From Tubulanus polymorphus (Eukaryota > Animalia > Nemertea): a DNA stretch of 64,000 nt. Below are positions 11,912 through 40,327 of the stretch, piece after piece; position 1 is the stretch's first letter, and every line of letters begins with the position of its first letter. The stretch covers positions 22,934,950 to 22,998,949 of the forward strand of contig NC_134029.1 in NCBI RefSeq assembly GCF_964204645.1. Reading direction: 5' to 3'. The translations under genes were made by a program, and so were the position numbers. The notes beneath the pieces are model-generated. The model ran no database searches. It saw only the letters and a program-made list of their open reading frames with translations, and was not told the origin of the DNA.

Positions 11912-14900
11912 TCAGCTTACAGACTTCAACTCAACATCAAATACCAGCGTGCTATTTCCTGGAATCGGACCCATAGTCTTCTGACCATAACTGAAAAATC
12001 ACAATTTTTTTTCGATTAAATCATGGTCATAATCCATTTAGATTCAAATTGAAAATTTCGTAATCGATGGTTAAAACTTACCCTTGTGATGGTGGAATAG
12101 TGATCGTACGTTTGCCTCCAACTTTCATTCCTAAAACGGAGAATATTCAATAATTCAATTATTTCATTGATGCCAATTCAATACCAAGCACTTGAAGACG
12201 ATGTACAAACCTTTTAATCCTGTCTCCCAGCCCGCAATCACTTCCTTTTTACCGAGTTTGAACTTGAATGGATTTCCTTGTTGACACGAATCGAAAGTTT
12301 TACCACTTTGTAATTTTCCCGTGTAATAAACACCGACCTGCAAAATGAGATACACATTCGGGATTACCTAAAAATCCATGATCGTCTTTCAAAGAAAAAT
12401 TAACATCTCCCAATCTACAGCACTCACATGTTTGCCAAACTTAGCTTCCGGTCCGGTTCCGACTTTGTGTTCCACCATAGTCACTCCACCGGCAAGTTGG
12501 GCTTTTTTCGGGGTCTTGCCTTGTTGCTCTTTTGGAGTTTTGTTGCCCTTTCCGGCTTTGTCTCCTTGACCTTGTTCCTTCGGAGTTTTCGGGGTTTTCT
12601 TTGGTTGTTCTTTTCCCGCTTTTTGAGCAGGTGTTTTCGGCGTTTTGTTTCCCTGTGGTTGCTGTTCAGTTACCTATGAAATTCAAAATGGATACAATAA
12701 AATCATAGAAATAAACTGAACAATACGTACAGTCAGACTATCTTAATTCAGATCAGTTTAATACTGATTCCACCTGTGCATGAATGTAAGTTAAATATGA
12801 TATATTGTTTGGATTTCTCATAAAACATTGGTCCTGAACGAACGGAATTAAGCGGGTTCTACTACATTCAATTTCAACAAGCCCGAATTATATTCATATT
12901 TCTTACCTCTCCATTCTTCTTCTTGTTCTTCTTTTTCGAGCTCGGCGTTGCGGTTTCAACATTATTGCCTTTCGGGGTACCCTTAGCAGCTGGAGTGCCA
13001 ACATCTTTTTTGGCTTTAGGGCTACCAGCACCAGCAGCAGCGGCAGCAGCAGCCTCTTGTGTGGTGTTCTGCTTCTTTTTATTCTTCTTTTTCTTGGAGG
13101 CAGATTGCTGAAATTTCAACCGAGTTGGACAATTCAACACAATGTACAGCATACACACGTTTTGCACATTTATCTACAAATCTAACGTATTCTTATCAAT
13201 CTTGATAACTTCAACTCTTATGAAAACAGATCTGACCTGTTGAGCCTGTGCCTCTAATAGTTTGACGAGATCTTCATTATCACTTTCATCATCATCATCG
13301 TCATCATCATTTTCCTCAGCTTCATCTAACACTAACGTTCTTCTCACATCTTCATCTGTAAGAGATAACGAGATACTTGCACGTCCACTCAACATTCAGA
13401 TACTGACACAGGGGCAAATTTAGAAATTTTGCGTATAAATCACACGCCCGCCCCAACATCTATGAATCTCTTACCATCACTTTCTACATCCTCAAAATCT
13501 TCATCATCGTCGTCATCTTCTGTAATTAGAAATTTTTAAAACAATATAAAACTTTTTCATCGAAGTCTTATTGATAATTTGAAAAGCATTTCTAGCAGAA
13601 TTAAATCAGTTCTTACCATCACTGTCGGCCTCTACTACTTCAGCAGTTTTCATTTTCTTATTCATCTTTTTCTGTTCCACCGACTTTTTACGTTTAGCTG
13701 TACAATTAGAAAAAAAATTTTCACCGCTATCAAATCGACGCATCGATAAATAAATCTCAACGAAGAGTTAATTGATTTACCATTTTTCGGCTTCCAGTTC
13801 GTTTCATCATCACTTTCATTGTCAGCATCAGCCAGAGCCTGTAACGTTGGCACATCTACAAAACATTTATCAAAAACACCGTCAAAGTAGTGAAAGCTTT
13901 TGAGAGATATTATAAGTCTCTCAGTAAAATGACTGAAGAAGGGTGGTAGCAACCACCTGAAATATTTTTTATGTTTTGAATTAACTTTTTAGATAAATCC
14001 ATTCGTTGTCGGACTGCAGGCAATAGATTCATAACAGATTTGAATAGACAATTATAACAATGTATAAACCCACAGCACTTCACTGGGAAGGAAACATCAT
14101 TTGGTCTTTAATTTAAAGGAAACATCATTCTCTCTTACCTTCTTCCGAGTCATCGTCATCATCACTGACTTCCATTTCGCTGTCCTCGTCTGTTTCCTCT
14201 AAACCGCTCAGATTATCGTCGTCAAACTTGTCATCTTCGACCAAGTAACCGCTCAAATGAACATTGCCTGAAAATAGAACAATTCTCTTACTTTAATTCA
14301 GTTATTTCTCTCTTATATTTAGGACGATTCTTTTTCTAGCTATACGAACCAGTTCCCTTGGTGAAGAATGTGACCTCTTCTCCTTCTGTGAAGTTCAGAT
14401 CCAACGTCTGCTGTTGCAATTTGCCGTGCTGTAAAGTGCATAGCAAGAATTCAGCTTTCTCGTGTTGAATCATCACCGAAACAGCACCTTTCATATCTAT
14501 AAATAATAATACAACAAAATTAATTCAGCGCTTTTAACTCCCTTTATGATTAAACCTTGAGGCGAAACCTACCAGGATCATACTCCAGGGCCGCCATTGA
14601 GATGTGATATGAATACTCAACAGTCTGGGAGTAACGTTTACCGCCATCAAGAGTCAAACCTACAAACAAAATCGTGGAATCATTAATAATAACAAGAGAA
14701 TCAACTGAATCTGTAAAAAACGAACATTTAATTTCTTCTCTCAACCACAAATTAAATCAAATAATTTTCATATAAATCTTATCCAAAATTGAAATATCAA
14801 TCCTAAAACGATGACGAAGTTTCAGCGCAAACTCGGAATTGTTTGAGCCGGCAACGTTTATATCGAAGCTGTCTGTGCCTTTTGTTAATTAGCACATTTT

Positions 14901-15037
14901 ACCAGAAAAAAAATATACCGCTAGAAATTCCTGGTTTTCATCCGCAATAACGAACCAACACAATAAAACTCTGATCAGTATAATCATACAGTGGTAGTTA
15001 ATGAACGAATATACAGCGACAACCTACCCCAAAACAT
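11912..15037 (-). CDS. FKBP39: Nucleoplasmin-like (NPL) FK506-binding nuclear protein of the FKBP39/FKBP46/Fpr3-4 type: histone chaperone plus PPIase, multi-exon
   Basis: Exon 1 is ATG TTT TGG G|gtaggt, giving [28 protein letters not shown]. The NPL core reads [43 protein letters not shown], followed by long acidic tracts and a Lys-rich linker. The C-terminal FKBP domain reads [17 protein letters not shown]...[38 protein letters not shown]...[17 protein letters not shown], with TGA at 11912-11914. Confidence 0.93.
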
Positions 15038-15497
15038 GTTTTGAACTTCGTTTAAGACGACCATTTCCTAGCACGTGTGTAAAAAGAATGAAAGTTCCAG
15101 AGGGCAGCACCAGCAGCGTAACATATCAATTTCAAGTCCGAATACGTGGAATACGACTACCGCGGATTCCGTAGCATCCCCATGTTCAGCGATGCCGTCG
15201 CTGAAGGTCGTCGAGCGATCGAGGTTTTTGATAATTTTGAAATTTGGAATATTCGAAATTAAGATGGAATTATGCAGCAAAATTCAATGACAGTCTCATA
15301 TATTTTGTAAAATACGTCTAAACTTAAACTACCTAGATGACAAAGCCAGCAATTGATGATTGAACTGTTAATTTTGCAGAGAATAGGCCTCTCTCTGACT
15401 CAGTCGTCAGGTTTGGATGGAGGAAGTTGAAGAAGCAGACGCTTCTTCGTTTGTTGTTAATTTGAAGGCTTAAAAAGAAAATTGAAAAGTAACAGCG
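15038..15497. promoter_or_regulatory. Bidirectional promoter shared by the NPL-FKBP gene and ATR
   Basis: Only 460 bp separate the two divergent ATGs, and the interval is locally CpG-rich. Confidence 0.7.
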
Positions 15498-30884
<15,387 letters not shown>

Positions 30885-31947
30885 TGACAGTTTGGAAAAT
30901 AAATCTGCTCAACTTAACAGATGAAAATACTGCATTTACTTATACAGCCTTAAAATATCACTAAAACATTATATTTTGTAGCGATAAATTTGTTTATGGG
31001 TTATTTTTGCATTTATGTAATAAAATGACAGATTTTTCATAAACAAATATGTAAATATGTTCAGATTGCAAAGGAATATTACGATAGCCTGAATGGGAAC
31101 GAAATCCAAGAATCCACTCGACGAGAACTAAACATCGTTTACGTTATTAAAAACATTTTGTTTATTATAAGTACATGTATATATTGTATAACAATTTTCA
31201 CAAAAATCACAAACTGATTTGTCGACGACGATACCCATATTCGAGTGCATATCGAGGCAGGAAATGTGTGAATAGGAAAGGAATTACGGTTACATCGAGA
31301 TATTCATAATCGCAACAAAAAGGAATTTCTTCACGTAGGAATGCGCAATAAAAACATCCATTTTAAGATACATTGATTAAAAATAATTTCTACACATTAG
31401 ATGATGAACGTCAGACTTGATCATTATGCTGCGGCCCATTTCTATGGAAAACAAACGAGAAGTGAAGAATGCTTGCATTAATTACACGAATGAGATCAGC
31501 AGTAAATCTATATCAAATACCGGTATCCTAAAACTCATTTATTTCGACGTATTGATTTAATGCATTCAACTCCCAAACTACAAGAGATGCACGATTGATT
31601 TAAAAACGCGTATAAAAAGATATTCATTTTGCTGTAATGCCTCAATATTATTATGACTGAGCAACGACATATTATAATTCATTAATACATTAATAAACAC
31701 ATACATTTTCTTATACCATACGAATGGTAACAGACTATTACCGCATGTTCATGTATAGGTACATGAAAACAGTAATTTTTTCATCATAAGGTCGATGTGA
31801 CCTTTATAACATAATTACACGTATTACGATGATTAGGTGATGTATAATTATTATTGGATCAATTTTATCTGTGTTGTTTGCACAAGCATGTTGAGTCTGG
31901 TATCGATAAACACTATATCATCGTTTTCAAGCAATACTGAGTGTATT

Positions 31948-31951
<4 letters not shown>

Positions 31952-31986
<35 letters not shown>
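31952..31986. repeat. (AT)n microsatellite in the probable MTMR10 3' UTR
   Basis: About 17 AT units visible. Confidence 0.95.
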
Positions 31987-31989
<3 letters not shown>

Positions 31990-32257
31990 CGTACGTAAGG
32001 CATAAACAAAACACTTCAAAACTTCAGCAAATAAATAAATCCCAGCATGACAACCATGGATTCACTCATATATATTATCTACTATCAGTTAAGTAGAGAG
32101 CACAGAATGAATGAAAAAGCCCAGTAATTACTTTAAACAGATCCCATCTTAGACCTAGCTGTCATAAATATGATTAGATAATACATTATATCAGATGGTA
32201 AAATACCCTGCCACACAGACGCTCGTCGTACAATGATCAGCGGTGTTGAGCAAGTGA

Positions 32258-35200
32258 CTAGTCCTCTAAAAACGACGATCTCGTCGCCAACGTTCCGAGA
32301 TCTTCATTCAATCTCTTAAAACCCTCTTCGTCGTTGAATTCGCTGTTATCGAGGAAATGTGTAATCGGCGACGTACCCAGTAGGTGTTTACTGATAGCTG
32401 GCATCTGCGCCATAAACGGATAAGACGAACTTATCAGTTCCGCTTGCGTTTTCACCAGCGATAATGACAAGTCGCCGTTATCCAGCGAGCTTCCGCTGAA
32501 GAACAGGTTTTTATGTTTGTCCGGATTTTTGTACGGCGTATTCGAACTCATGCACTCAATTTTTCGTTTCATACACAATAGTTCTTCGACGAGCAAGCAT
32601 TGCATGAAATACTCGGCCGGCGACCCGCCCTGTTGTATCTTAGCCGGTTCCAACCAGCGCAGATACAACTGCGACCAAAACTGCATCAGAGCGCTTTCCA
32701 CCTGCGGTTTGATCACTCCCGTTTTAAAACTCTTCCCTTCGTACGCGTAAATTCCGTTCAATTTTTTCGCGTAGTTTTTCTGATTTTTTATGGAATGGCG
32801 AGTCGGTTTCATCGCGCTTTTTAAATCCTCCAGTAAATCTTTATCCGTACGCGCTATAAATAGCGGATTGCGCAATAACGCCTGGTTATCTACGCTCAAC
32901 TGCACGCCCCAGTCCCAAACCTGAGGCAGTTTCTTATCAGTTTTCTGCATTTTCTCGAAGTCCTTTTGTTGTATGTACGTCCAACTGTTGTCGAACAGGA
33001 ATGTATGAAACAGACCGCTGTTTGCCGAATCCCAGAGAATCGTTAGGTATGTTTCAGAGAATTCGAATAACAACGGAAACTGCTGTAACAACTGCCACAT
33101 ACAGTCGAGAAACAGCAGAAATACAGGGGACTGCAAGAAAAATATTGACATCAGTTTCAATAGATATTAGATCGTTCTTTGACACTGAATAGGTACCAGC
33201 AATCACCAGATGGTGCAATTATCTGAACAATGAAATTTGACGCGGATTTACTGGTCTATTAACAAACTAGTTATCAAATATAAGATTGACTTTTTAACTC
33301 GTCGTACAGCGTAGATATCACTGATAATTGATTTCCTAGTTAGAAAAATTGATTCAAATTGAAGTGCTGTAACCCAGTATCGGGTAAATACATAATCCTC
33401 ACTCGCCACAGTAACTGTGCCGGTACCTTGCTCATATTAATTTTCGACTCACCTCTTCCGAGTCTTTCTCGGGAGTATTAATTAAGCCTAAACGACTGGC
33501 GAACTTATGTCCAGCTGCGACCCATTCACGTTGTACGAGGTTCTCGAAACCCTCGATCGTCCGGAAATACGGATCGATTAAAACCTGCGTTAAACTCGAT
33601 ACAACGCAACAATAATCACGACTGTTATATTCTAAATAGACCCAAAAAAAACAGCACTTTTAGTTGATGAAAAAATTCCAATATACAAAGTAATGAGCCA
33701 TTTCCAAAACGGATTTTCAAAAAGCAGCATAAACGATAAGAAGGTTACTTTGTGATGCCTGTTGTAACTAGATTTCTAAGAATATATTCAGTGAGCAGTT
33801 GATTGGGGAAACCTAGGTTGGAATTCACTTTGAAATCCGAGATTTCAAAAAAATAATGTCTGACTCAATGATAGGGCATTTAAATCATGTTGTATATGAT
33901 TGATTTCAGGCTGGTCAGGATGCTGCGCAATCAAATGTGATCACTGCAAATCCATTTCAAAAATGGCTCATAGCAAAATGTGAAAATACTTTATTAGTAC
34001 TTATTTCGTAATTGTATTTTTTCTATAACCGAATTCAAGACAGTTTCACTTTACTATGGAAAAGATAATTTTTGTTCTTTCAAATGTTCAGAAATTTCAA
34101 CAGTTGTCAATGATCTAACTCTTAGAATATACCTGATATTATAACAGTCCTAGCCTTATCACAAATCTTATGAACGCATCGTGCAGCAACTTCTAGTGAA
34201 TGAGCAACATATTGTAACCATCGACTATCCTCTAACAGCGACCCCCACTGTCGATCGGTCGTCCAATATTCCTTCACCGTTACTATACAAAACAAGAAAT
34301 CAGTTTCAAAATCATAATGAGCGACGAGTTTGAACAGAGATGATTTAAATGTTGGATAGATTGTCAAAAGGCAATTATCGAAATATCACACCAACCGAAA
34401 CTACAATTATTGATGAAATATCATCACTGGTCAAACATCTATAAAAATATTGATCACTGATCACTGATGATTACCTGGAGCACACATTTCTCTCAACTTG
34501 TCGTAACTTCGTTTGAGCTCTTTGGGCGTCGGGAAAGATTTACCCAAATCCTCGAGAAAAGGACCGTCTTTATGAGGAGCAGTGCGATTTACAGCTGATA
34601 TCAAACTATAAATAGACGGATCAAAAACCAGTCATTTAATGTTATATGTATCTGACAAGTTTCGAAATGTATTTATCCCATTTTAGTCCATATTAAAATG
34701 AGTATACTGTATAATACTGTATGGTCATATATCTGTTAGCCCAATTAAATAGTGCAGTATATAGGAAGCCAAATCATTCACTTCATACAAAGAATACAAG
34801 CGAAGAACTTAAGAGCAAAACACTTAACACCAGGGCCAGTTTTATAGACTGATAATAACTTAAACACTGGGTCTAACTCAATTCCGCATTACCAATCTAT
34901 AAAACCGGACCCTGCATCAATTTATCAGGGGATACCACTAAATCAAAGATCGAAAACTTGCAGCAAGTCTAAATATACCGGTATTAGTAAGATTTATAAG
35001 ACACACCGATAAATTCATATCACCAGCGTGATGTACAATTCATTATACGTGAATTAAATAAAAGAAGCTTTAACATTCCTGTTGAAATCTAGAAAACATT
35101 CCGTTAAGAGATATCGGGATATTTGGTAATCTAGTAAATATCGGTGGCACAAACTACCGTAGATATATAGACACGATCAACTTACATATCTCGTCTGTGA

Positions 35201-37700
35201 AACCATGCAAGAAAATAAATTACAGTCAGCAAGATTTACACATGAATAAATGAACAGACGATCATTTTGTTTTCGATACAAATAATGCTTCAAATATTCT
35301 AAAAACTACCCATAACCAACAAAACAGTGAATACAAAACATACATGTATAAACATAGACGTTTTAGAGATAACTTACTCTTTGGCAACATCTTGTTCAGG
35401 TGAATCTGGTCTAACATAAGCCATACGTACAAGAGATGAGCCTTTAGAATATGTAAAACTCCACATCTACAAATACAATAATGAGAGTGAGGGAGCTGTT
35501 TAACCCTTTCAGTGCTGACTAATTAATACCCTATAGTGCTAGAGAAAATTTGAAAATTCTAAAAAATTCCACCCTAGTGTGTTGAACAATGGGAATACCA
35601 CTATAGTGCGTCTACACCGCAGTGCGGTGTATCGTTAGTTACTAGTATTTCACTATGTTTGACACTTGCTGCCATTTTTCAATAGAGATAATTACAAATT
35701 ACTAATTACATCAATACACCGCAGTGCGGTGTACTAGCAAAATCCATCACTGATTTATACACCGCACTGCGGTGTAGACGCACTGAAAGGGTTAAACCTG
35801 AGGTCAAATCAGTCAATATGAAAACTGGTAGTACTTTGAAAGTTAACTCGATTTCACTGAAAATATTCATTTATCCGATGAAGCTACTGGGCAGTAGTAA
35901 CGAAAGCTTGTATAATCAAGTTAACCTAGAAAGAATACTACCTGTCTACGAACACAGTTACAGGAATTGGTTTTTGTTTCGAGTTTTATGTAATTATACT
36001 AACAGGAACTCGTTGTTCCACGAAATGACCGGATCTACGTTTCACCTCGGCGTTTATAAGACTACGCGGTAATACGAACGCTTCCGGCATATTCTGAGAC
36101 AGTTGACATTGATAATTCAAACGATCAGCTCTCCAGCACCTAGCGCGTTGACGTAGCACCTCCATCTCGAAATCTTTAGTCACCTGGTACGACGGCCTTT
36201 CAACTTTTATCAAGCGAGAAAAAACTGGTTATTCAGTTATTGAAATCTTGAATTGAATGTAAGATGAAGCAAAATATATAACATACCTTGTGGCGGGCCT
36301 GGTGGTTTGTAGGAAAATGCAAAGAAGTGGTCAGGTCTACTGGGAAAAGCATGATGTAGAATAGCATGCAGCACCTGGAAAACAATTAAATTCAAGCTGC
36401 AATTTTTCCAACGGTTACTCAGATTTAAAAGGTTAGGACTTACATTCCTGGCTTCATCTTTTGCAGTCGACTTGAATTGGAATGAAAACTTGCGGAAATC
36501 CTAAAATTCAGAAATTCATTAAAACAATTATCTCAAATTAAGGATTTGAGGTCGAAGAATAGCTGGAAATTTAATTCACCTTGCAAACTATTTCGATCTT
36601 TTTTATCTTGTCGGTAAGCACAACTCCGGGGACCATTTTTTTACGCTTGCCTTTCGAAACTGCAAAAAAATAATTGAATGCCATTTATCGAAAATTTATT
36701 CCAGTAAGTCTTAAAAAATATAGCAAGGTCCTCCTTACCTTGATAAACACCACTGATTCCAGCCAGAGGAAATTCATTATCACCCAGAATTAAACTGTTT
36801 GCTTTTGGTTTTTCCTGAAGAATAAGGTCAGTTTTTCAGATTGCAAATGAATCGAACCATCTTTTAAAATTCGATTTCAGAAGCTCTGATGATCGAGTTC
36901 TTACTTGGAAGCCATTTTGAGTTTCATGCGATTGTTCCTCGATGAACGAAGCTTTGAATAAAGTACAATACAGACTACCGCTGATATCGCTGATATCCTG
37001 ACCCCTGGGGCTACCCTTTAACAACGGGTAAAGCTGCATGACTTTGTGAGCTCGCCCGATGATAACATCGCCTGAAAAAAATATCAAGTCATAAATATTA
37101 GGGGTTTAACTCCTCAAAATACGGGGTCCCTGCAGATGATTCTATCCCGATTTCCCTGATGCAGAACTCAAATTGCGAAATTCAGATTTCTACAGCAAAA
37201 TCAATTGGTCAAGTAACCAAATCCAGCTGTAGGCCTAACTGATTGATTAGATTGATTTACCAGGAAGCAATGACGGTTCTAGTAGTTCCTAAAAATAGAA
37301 AAATATGCGATTCTTAATTAACGGCAATCATTAGAATCAGCGGTATTAATACGCAAAGGGAATTAGGGTTTATGGGTCAGATATCAGACTTAGGGCCTAA
37401 TTGTTAACAAATGGAACGAAGTTAGCAAATTCATTAATTAGCACCTGAGCAAATATTTCTGAGGAATCAAGGACGCTGAATACAGATGCTGCAGAGTGTA
37501 TCGACGATTCCTTCGGTGCAATAGTTAAGGTAGGAAGACGGAGTGGTCAAATTGAATACACCCCAACAGCAGGGTAGAATGTGTTTCAAGTATAGATTTC
37601 TCACGAAGTACAAATCATAAAAGTTGAATTGAATAGAATCACGAATACGAATCAAACCTACCCCATCACGATCAATGTATGACTTAAACGTAGGATCCAT
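32258..37700 (-). CDS. MTMR10: Myotubularin-related pseudophosphatase of the MTMR10/11/12 group, multi-exon
   Basis: Start MDPTFKSYIDRDG|gtaggt, then LEPSLLPGDVII and PH-GRAM-like exons. The catalytic CX5R loop is replaced by VIISEYNSRDYCCVVSSLTQVLIDPYFRTIEGFENLVQREWVAAGHKF. The last exon has SPVFLLFLDCMWQLLQQFPLLFEFSETYLTILWDS and the 3-PAP-like FWSQLYLRW and SSSYPF motifs. Confidence 0.9.
33693..33970. mobile_element. MITE-like element in an MTMR10 intron
   Basis: Imperfect inverted ends atgagccatttccaaaacggatttt and aaatccatttcaaaaatggctcat. Confidence 0.45.
35186..35194 (-). CDS. Candidate 9-nt in-frame microexon of MTMR10 (ACGAGATAT)
   Basis: gctgac branch-like motif...ttttcttgcatggtttcacag|ACGAGATAT|gtaagt. 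Phase 2-2, changing AKD-LISAV to AKERDI-LISAV. Confidence 0.6.
35504..35791. mobile_element. piggyBac-type MITE (288 bp) with TTAA target-site duplication
   Basis: TTAA|CCCTTTCAGTGC ... GCACTGAAAGGG|TTAA, with TSDs at 35500-35503 and 35792-35795 and three internal tacaccgca(g/c)tgcggtgta palindromes. Confidence 0.85.
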
Positions 37701-38517
37701 AACAATGCAATGAATACGGAATTCTCACACAACAACAAGTGTCATTTTGAGTGGGGTCTGTCTGCAGAGTGCGCAGGGGGCCGCTGCGGCCCCCTGCGCT
37801 CAATGGGTGCGCAGGGGGCCGGGTATTGTAAAGTGAGAACTGGTATATGATGCTAGACGAAACGATGATTTTTTAGCAATAATGCAGAAATTTTTTTTAA
37901 CTCACTTTTTTAAATAGAAAAACAATTAAGCTGATTTAATTTTGATTTTTGAGCTAGAACCTTTATATATGCTTAATCATGTAATTCAAAATCGTAGATA
38001 TAGGATTGATATTGTTACTATGAAAATTAAGGTCAATCGCGCCGGGGGCCGTCCTCTACGTACATAACTCGGTTTTTTAAACTCCTGAATTTCCCATTCA
38101 CCATGTCGTCGTTTTTCAACAGCAAAAAATAGTCGTCCAAAATAAGATGAAAGCTGAGAAAATGCGAGTTTCACTGTTCATTTATTTATTTGACATACAT
38201 ATTCGATTGACACTTAAACATCATAAGTATCAGAGGCGGCTCGATAATTGGTAATAGCAAAATAACGATAATACATACACATCACTGACTTAAATATTCA
38301 TACATGTAAATTGAAGCTTACGTATCTTGTTGTACTGGATTTTATAGATCGCTTGATTTTATAGATCGCAGACTTAATAAAATATTTATACACATGGATA
38401 TTATAGATCGCTTGATTTCTAATCTCGATATCTTTAATTTGTATCATAATACTTTCGATAATTGGCGATAACATGATAATGATAATACATACATTTCTCT
38501 GACTTAATAAAATATTT

Positions 38518-40275
38518 AGCACCTATCTAGCAGAAGACAAGTAAAACTATTTACACTATTAAAACGCGGCCCCCTGCGCACCTATCTAGCAGAAGACAAG
38601 TAAAACTTAGTAAAACTATTAAACCGCGGCCCCTTGCGCACATATCCAGCAGTAGACAAGTAAAACTATGGTAAAACTATTAAACCGCGGCCCCCTGCGC
38701 ACCTATCCAGCAGAAGACAAGTAAAACTATTTACACTATTAAACCGCGGCCCCCTGCGCGCTTATCCAGCAGCAGACAAGTAAAACTATTTACACTATTA
38801 AACCGCGGCCCCCTGCGCGCTTATCCAGCAGCAGACAAGTAAAACTATTTACACTATTAAACCGCGGCCCCCTGCGCGCTTATCCAGCAGCAGACAAGTA
38901 AAACTATTTACACTATTAAACCGCGGCCCCCTGCGCACCTATCCAGCAGAAGACAAGTAAAACTATTTACACTATTAAACCGCGGCCCCGTGCGCACCTA
39001 TCCAGCAGAAGACAAGTAAAACTATTTACACTATTAAACCGCGGCCCCCTGCGCACCTATCCAGCAGCAGACAAGTAAAACTATTTACACTATTAAACCG
39101 CGGCCCCCTGCGCGCTTATCCAGCAGCAGACAAGTAAAACTATTTACACTATTAAACCGCGGCCCCCTGCGCACCTATCCAGCAGAAGACAAGTAAAACT
39201 ATATACACTATTAAAACGTGGCCCCGTGCGCACCTATCCAGTAGAAGACAAGTAAAACTTAGTAAAACTATTAGTTCAGAATCAAATAGAAATATAGCGG
39301 CCCCCTGCGCACCTATCTAGCAGAAGACAAGTAAAACTATTTACACTATTAAAATGCGGCCCCCTGCGCACTTATCCAGCAGCAGACAAGTAAAACTATT
39401 TACACTATTAAAACGCGGCCCCCTACGCACCTATCCAGCAGAAGACAAGTAAAACTATTAAAACTTTTAAAACGCGGCCCCCTGCGCACCTATCCAGCAG
39501 AAGACAAGTAAAACTATTAAAACTTTTAAAACGCGGCCCCCTGCGCACCTATCCAGCAGAAGACAAGTAAAACTATTTACACTATTAAACCACGGCCCCG
39601 TGCGCACCTATCCAGCAGAAGACAAGTAAAACTATTTCCACTATTAAACCGCGGCCCCCTGCGCACCTATCCAGCAGCAGACAAGTAAAACTATTTACAC
39701 TATTAAACCGCGGCCCCCTGCGCGCTTATCCAGCAGCAGACAAGTAAAACTATTTACACTATTAAACCGCGGCCCCCTGCGCACCTATCCAGCAGAAGAC
39801 AAGTAAAACTATATACACTATTAAAACGTGGCCCCGTGCGCACCTATCCAGTAGAAGACAAGTAAAACTTAGTAAAACTATTAGTTCAGAATCAAATAGA
39901 AATATAGCGGCCCCCTGCGCACCTATCTAGCAGAAGACAAGTAAAACTATTTACACTATTAAAATGCGGCCCTCTGCGCACTTATCCAGCAGCAGACAAG
40001 TAAAACTATTTACACTATTAAAACGCGGCCCCTGCGCACCTATCCAGCAGAAGACAAGTAAAACTATTAAAACTTTTAAAACGCGGCCCACTGCGCACCT
40101 ATCCAGCAGAAGACAAGTAAAACTATTAAAACTTTTAAAACGCGGCCCCCTGCGCACCTATCCAGCAGAAGACAAGTAAAACTATTAAAACTTTTAAAAC
40201 GCGGCCCCCTGCGCACCCATCCAGCAGAAGACAAGTAAAACTATTAAAACTTTTAAAACGCGGCCCCCTGCGCGC
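38518..40275. repeat. About 59-bp tandem satellite, about 29 monomers, with a 610-bp higher-order duplication
   Basis: Unit gcacctatccagcagaagacaagtaaaactatttacactattaaaccgcggccccctgc. The marker insertion ttagttcagaatcaaatagaaatata occurs at 39271 and 39881. Confidence 0.95.
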
Positions 40276-40283
40276 CTCTCCAT

Positions 40284-40284
<1 letters not shown>

Positions 40285-40326
<42 letters not shown>
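40285..40326. repeat. (CAG)14 microsatellite at the end of the satellite array
   Basis: 42 nt of perfect CAG at the position where the monomer has cagcag. Confidence 0.95.

Positions 40327-40327
<1 letters not shown>

Noticed and set aside
32517-33192. Plus-strand ORFs overlapping the last MTMR10 exon
   Set aside because: Antisense shadows of a long coding exon, with no independent gene signals.
38518-40275. Regular repeat array as a CRISPR array, and the ORFs inside it, including the poly-Cys ORF 40194-40541
   Set aside because: The monomers repeat along their whole length with no unique spacers, there are no cas genes, and the context is eukaryotic. The ORFs are translations of the satellite and the CAG tract.
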